Shown: positions 59,210 to 64,000 of the stretch, in pieces
Numbering within the stretch: the first letter of the stretch is position 1
How the letters are laid out: every line of letters begins with the position of its first letter
Assembly (NCBI RefSeq): GCF_009914755.1
Contig: NC_060928.1
Strand: one strand, 5' to 3'
Length of the DNA: 64,000 nucleotides
From: the human T2T-CHM13v2.0 reference genome, Homo sapiens
Made by a program: the position numbers and the translations under genes
Notes under the pieces: generated by a model
What the model saw: the letters and a program-made list of their open reading frames with translations, nothing else
Database searches by the model: none
What the model was told of the DNA's origin: nothing

Positions 59210-59224
59210 ATAGTCTCTTCATTC

Positions 59225-59506
59225 CCTTATTTAGGGAGATTTGACAGACAAAAGAGGAGGCAGCATTGTGAAACACAGAAGCAGAGATGGGAGTGATGCT
59301 GTCTCAAGTCCAGGAATGCTGTGAGCCCCCAGAAACCAGAAAAGGCAAGGAACAGAATCTCTTCTAGAGCCTCTAAAGGAAGCATGGCCCTGCCTACACC
59401 TAGGGTTTGGACTTCTGGCCTCCAGAACTGTAAAATGACATATTTCTGCTGTTTCAAGCCACCATGTGTGGAAATTCATTACAATAGTCCTGGGAAAATT
59501 ATAAAT
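59225..59506 (+). mobile_element. MLT1B/C LTR, 3' part
   Basis: gaaaaggcaaggaacagaatctc...ggacttctggcctccagaactgt...tttcaagccacc. Confidence 0.85.
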
Positions 59507-60824
59507 GTGAGTTCTAGAGAGGCACCCCATATGGATTGTCATCTGGTGTAGCTTTCTTAGATGGATAATCCAATCTTTGTGGGATCTCTTTCCACATACC
59601 CTATCTCAGTTTCTATCCAAAGTAGTTTATCCCACAGGCTCCTCTTATTACCTGGCCCTTCCTCCCTAGAAATCATTCTTCTTCAGTGAATATCAAGATT
59701 GCTAAAGGCTGTTACATTTTACAACATTCTCTTGGCCAACTAGACAGTCCCAGAGTCTTGCCTCACTAATTTGAGAGGGTCCATCATATTCCACTATGTT
59801 CTGTCATCTTGCCTTGCTAAGAACAATTCCTAACTTTAGACTTCTTTCAGTATTGGAGGCCCCCAAACTCTGAAAAGCTCTTTAAGCAAGTATCATTATG
59901 GTGCACCAGCGTAGGCCTAAACAGTAAACATCTTATCAGGGAACATATTATTCTCCTTTTTGTGGGTACCACCAATCTCTCCAGGTAGTTTCCTTGGGTT
60001 CCTTCTCACTTAGAGGGAAGAAAAAATAAATGCCACCACATTTACCATGAGGCTAACATTTCTCTGCCACCAAACCTTAGACAACGGCTTATAAAGCCTA
60101 TGGGTAGTAGGGATGGGAAGTGGGGAAGAGGAGAGTTAGTTTGCATGGTTTGGCCTATTACTAGTAAATCATGCCAAAATCTGTCAATGAACTTTTTAAA
60201 AAAGTATTTATTTCTTAGTTTCCTCAACTGTGGACCCCCTGCTGAATTTCCAAGAAAACTGGAAATGTTCCTTTGGTATGTTGATAAGCAAGATGATAGG
60301 AAAGCAGAAATGCTAATACATGTGTGTACTTTGAGGCACCTTCCATGAAGTGCCATTCTCATCATTTTGTGCATAAATAAATCCTTCATTCCCTTTTGAC
60401 AGTTAGGAAATGCACAATTTATACGGTCCCTTATGGAGACCCTCTTCTCTTCTCAAGTCCCATAATATAAAGCATTGTTCCACACAAATAGTTGCCGCTT
60501 AACAAATAAACATTTTTTTTTCCAAAGTGACTAAAATTCCCACGAACAGTTGAGAATTTGGAACTGAAGCTTTAATAGGTGATTAGTAATTAATAAGACT
60601 TCCTATTCTGAAATCACAAGTGTTAGCCTTTATTCAGTGTGCATTGAATTTTCTGATAGTGCCTTTTACATAACTCATGAGTACTTACTAAGGCTAATAG
60701 AAATATTTATTTTAATTTGGGGGCTAGGTAAAGGATTGGCTTCATTTTGAATTATTATCCTTAGGACCTAGGATGTATAGTCTTATTTTTATTATTTTTT
60801 ATGTTTAACGATGTCTTTCATTTG

Positions 60825-61040
60825 ATTGAATTCATGCATTCATCAAGCACTTATTGAAGACTCAATACAGGCATACATATTACTAGCTGTAGGGAGAGAC
60901 TTCAGAAAATAAGATGTAAGGCAGTTACAAGGTATTACTGAAAGTAGAAGGATATGGCATAAGGATGAAAGAAGCCTATTAAAACAGGGGTGTCTGGAGT
61001 GATATAAAGAAGATATACTGACAGTGTTGAGAAAAGAAAA
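60825..61040 (-). mobile_element. L2 3' fragment
   Basis: attcatgcattcatcaagcacttattga. Confidence 0.45.
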
Positions 61041-61399
61041 ATTAATTTTCACAATGGGAATTAATAATAGAGTTTAACTAAAATGAAATATTCAATTTTT
61101 TAATAGGGACCTTACAAAGACCCCTAAAAAAGAATAAAGGCTTTGCTGTAATTCTAGATATTAGAGCTCAGTTATAAACCAAAATGTACATGGCTTCAAC
61201 AAGGAAACATAAGCATGTGTATTGTCCTTTTACAAAACTCTGATTGCAAGCAAGCTGATCATCTCCATATGCCTGCAATTATTCATAATAATTTCACATT
61301 TCATTTGATTAATTCTTCTGCTGCTCTACACACAAACACATAAAGATATGGACTTCCCTTACCTTGCACATTGCTCTAATTATTGTTTCATTTTATTTA

Positions 61400-61580
61400 G
61401 TAATGTAATGAAACCTGAGCATTCAATCAAAGGATTATCTCTCATACTTTGAAGAGAACATTATTAATTATGTAGTAGCAAGACGGCCGCTTCAGGGCCA
61501 TGCAGAAGGTTACCTAATTACCCGGTGATTTCGGGGCAATTTACACTGTCAATCTAAGATAAATCAATAAATATTAAGGC
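61400..61580. promoter_or_regulatory. Candidate enhancer (non-repetitive, motif-dense)
   Basis: ATCAAAG, CTTTGAA, TAATTA, CTGTCAATC, AAATCAATA and retained CpGs within 180 bp; motif evidence only. Confidence 0.3.
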
Positions 61581-62377
61581 TACAGATCCACTTCTTTCTC
61601 TTTTTCGATTCCACCTTCCTCATTGATATACTTGGCTTACAGATGCAAATAAATTTACTTGGTAATTCTATACGTTTGATACCTTATTCCTGAATTATTT
61701 TCTATGTTTGTAACCTCCCCACCAGTCAATCCCAAAAGAAGTAGCCATATTTTCAGAATCTTCATTCCTGAAAGACTAATCTGGAATATTGGTTAATTCT
61801 TTCAACCATTTCAAAAACACTGAATTTTGGAGTGGAATTTTGAGATTTTCAAAAACACTCGGAACTCACAGTTTCTTACTTAAATATTCTATTTGTTAAA
61901 ACTAATGTTAAGAAGGAAAAGGGCATTAATTAAGTCTGAAAAAATAAGTCTGAATGTAAAACTTACTGGATATTTTGCTGATCTGGGGCATCAAGAACCA
62001 GCTTCAGAGATTAGAACCATGTTTCTAATTCTAATCCGTATAAGTTACTTTGCAGTAAACAATCAAAGCTAGAAGTCCCACACATCATGCAATAATTTTC
62101 TTCTTTATGGAATAAAGAGTCTGCCAAGAGCAGCTGATATAGCCACTAGTATAACAGATATCTAGCTCAGAGTAGAGGGTTAAATTGGCTGACAATCCAA
62201 AGAAATGTTAAACATCAAAGTTTATTCCTCTGTATCTAATTAAATCAAAAATCGAGAAATGTTTTATCAGTTTATTTCTTGAAAGAACTGTATCACAATT
62301 AACTGGATGACCAAAGAAATGTAAAGTTCTAAAAGTCAGATCCATTTGTAATTTTTAAGAAAAACAATTAAGCTTAA

Positions 62378-62539
62378 AAGTGGTTCTCAACTCTGAAGGC
62401 ACAGAATGATCATCTAGAGAGACCAGGACTCCCCCCGAGATCAATAAAATGAGGCTCTCCAGAGATATGGCTCAGGTATGAGAATTTTTAAGAAGTTCCC
62501 TTAGATAGTTTCAATATGTATCCAGTTTGAGAACCACTG
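62378..62539. mobile_element. MER5-family hAT MITE
   Basis: Terminal inverted repeats agtggttctcaa / ttgagaaccact. Confidence 0.85.
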
Positions 62540-63769
62540 GGCTAAAAGATATCACTGTTTAACATTCTGTATGTAAATAGACTTCCTCAATTGCTACCAA
62601 AATTTCTTATTTATAATAAGAAGCACCTTAATGTTGATGCAGTATAAGCTGAGTCTCATGAGAGGAAAAAGTTGGGGTATGAAAGAACACATGAAGAAAA
62701 GTCTAAACAAAGGGAGAAATGGAGCAGAGTAAAAGAGACTGTTTAGGGAATGAAAAGGAAAGATACATAAAAGAATTTTTTATGACTGTTTATTTGTCTG
62801 CCATAAATGAGATGATTGTTTCTTTGATAAAGAACACTAGTGATGCTTTATACAAAGTATGTGAGGCTTGAGACCAAGCTTTCTGTTTCAGTAGGGCAAG
62901 ACTTTGTGCTTTTCTGTCTTAAGTGTATCTTTTTATTTATTCATTCACTTGCCACAGATATATTTGAGTACCTACAGCATCAACCTCACTCTCCTAATAA
63001 TAATGAAGTTATCCTCCTTCCTCCCTCATTTCACTCTTTCCTGTCTTGTTCCATACATAAAATTCCGGTCTCAAGTTGTTTGGCCACAGACAGATCACAA
63101 GAAAAAGGCAATCTTTTCTATGGTGATGAGAGCTACAGAAAGGCAGCCGCAGAGAGAAGTCAGGTAAAGACAGGGAAAGAGTGACAGGGATGGGTAAGAA
63201 ACCATTAGCTTTGATAACATAGCTGAAAGTCTAATAATATAAGAATATAAGAATAATGACAAACCGTGTCAGTGAAGTTTCTTTAATTCATAGAATAAAA
63301 ATCATCCAGCTAAGAAACCATTTCAGAGTACATAGTAGCAACATAAGCAAAAATAAAATAATTCTTATCGATGACTGATAACCATTAGGATAGTCAATAT
63401 ATTGTATAACAGAAAAGTTAGTTTTTATTTTTTAGGCTTTCTCCTTATATTTATTATGCTAGATTATGGGTTCTGTGGCCCAATAATAATAACAGAACAG
63501 AGGGGGAAATGGCATGTCTACTATATTATAAAGCTAATTAACAATAAAATGATGAATATCTTTTTAAATTAGCACCAGTTTTCTCTATAAGCCAAAGATT
63601 ATTTAACTTTCTTAAAATACGGATAACAGTTACTGTCTTTGAATGGGAACTTATATATATAGCTTTCACGAAGGTCAATATTAACTACTCCTACTCAAAT
63701 TTAACTTTTACAAAACATAATTTATCATCAACCAAAGTTGTATAGAGAATATAAATTGACTACCTTACT

Positions 63770-64000
63770 ATCCTCTTCCTTCTCAGAAACATAAAATAAA
63801 TTGTATTCAAGGTGGCAACTTGTCCAGCTAAAAGACTGAATCCCCAACTTCCCTCCTAACTAGTCATGGCCATGGAGATTCATGGGAAAGTTGTTGAGTA
63901 GTACCCTGGGGAAGGCTCCTTAAGATAATAACACATGATACTGGCTGTTTTGATCCCTTGTCTCATTTCTATTCTCCACACTTACAGGTAGACTGGACCT
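63770..64000 (+). mobile_element. Old LTR fragment (MLT1K/L- or LTR33-like), running off the window
   Basis: gtccagctaaaagactgaatccccaacttccctcctaactag...ggccatg. Confidence 0.45.

Overview
AT-rich, CpG-poor primate genomic DNA made largely of degraded interspersed repeats: Alu SINEs, MIR, L1 and L2 LINE fragments, many ERVL-MaLR elements (near-full-length THE1A, THE1D and MSTA proviruses plus solo LTRs), a few ERV1/ERVL LTRs and hAT DNA transposon relics (MER1, MER5). I find no supportable protein-coding gene, RNA gene or CpG island. The recognisable ORFs in the track are repeat-derived and the rest look like chance ORFs. I found no convincing new biological system. The most notable observations are: (1) a ~200-bp inverted duplication that copies an L1/MLT1 junction ~1.1 kb upstream, with fold-back junctions; (2) several other fold-back or templated-insertion scars; (3) an AluY with two substitutions typical of Old World monkey AluYR subfamilies; (4) a THE1A 5' LTR that lost its poly(A) signal but keeps a DUX4-type motif and a splice donor; (5) a switch to uniform + orientation of LTR/L1 elements after ~35 kb; (6) a motif-dense non-repetitive enhancer candidate near 61.5 kb. 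Subfamily names come from recalled consensus sequences, not a database search, and boundaries of old elements are approximate.
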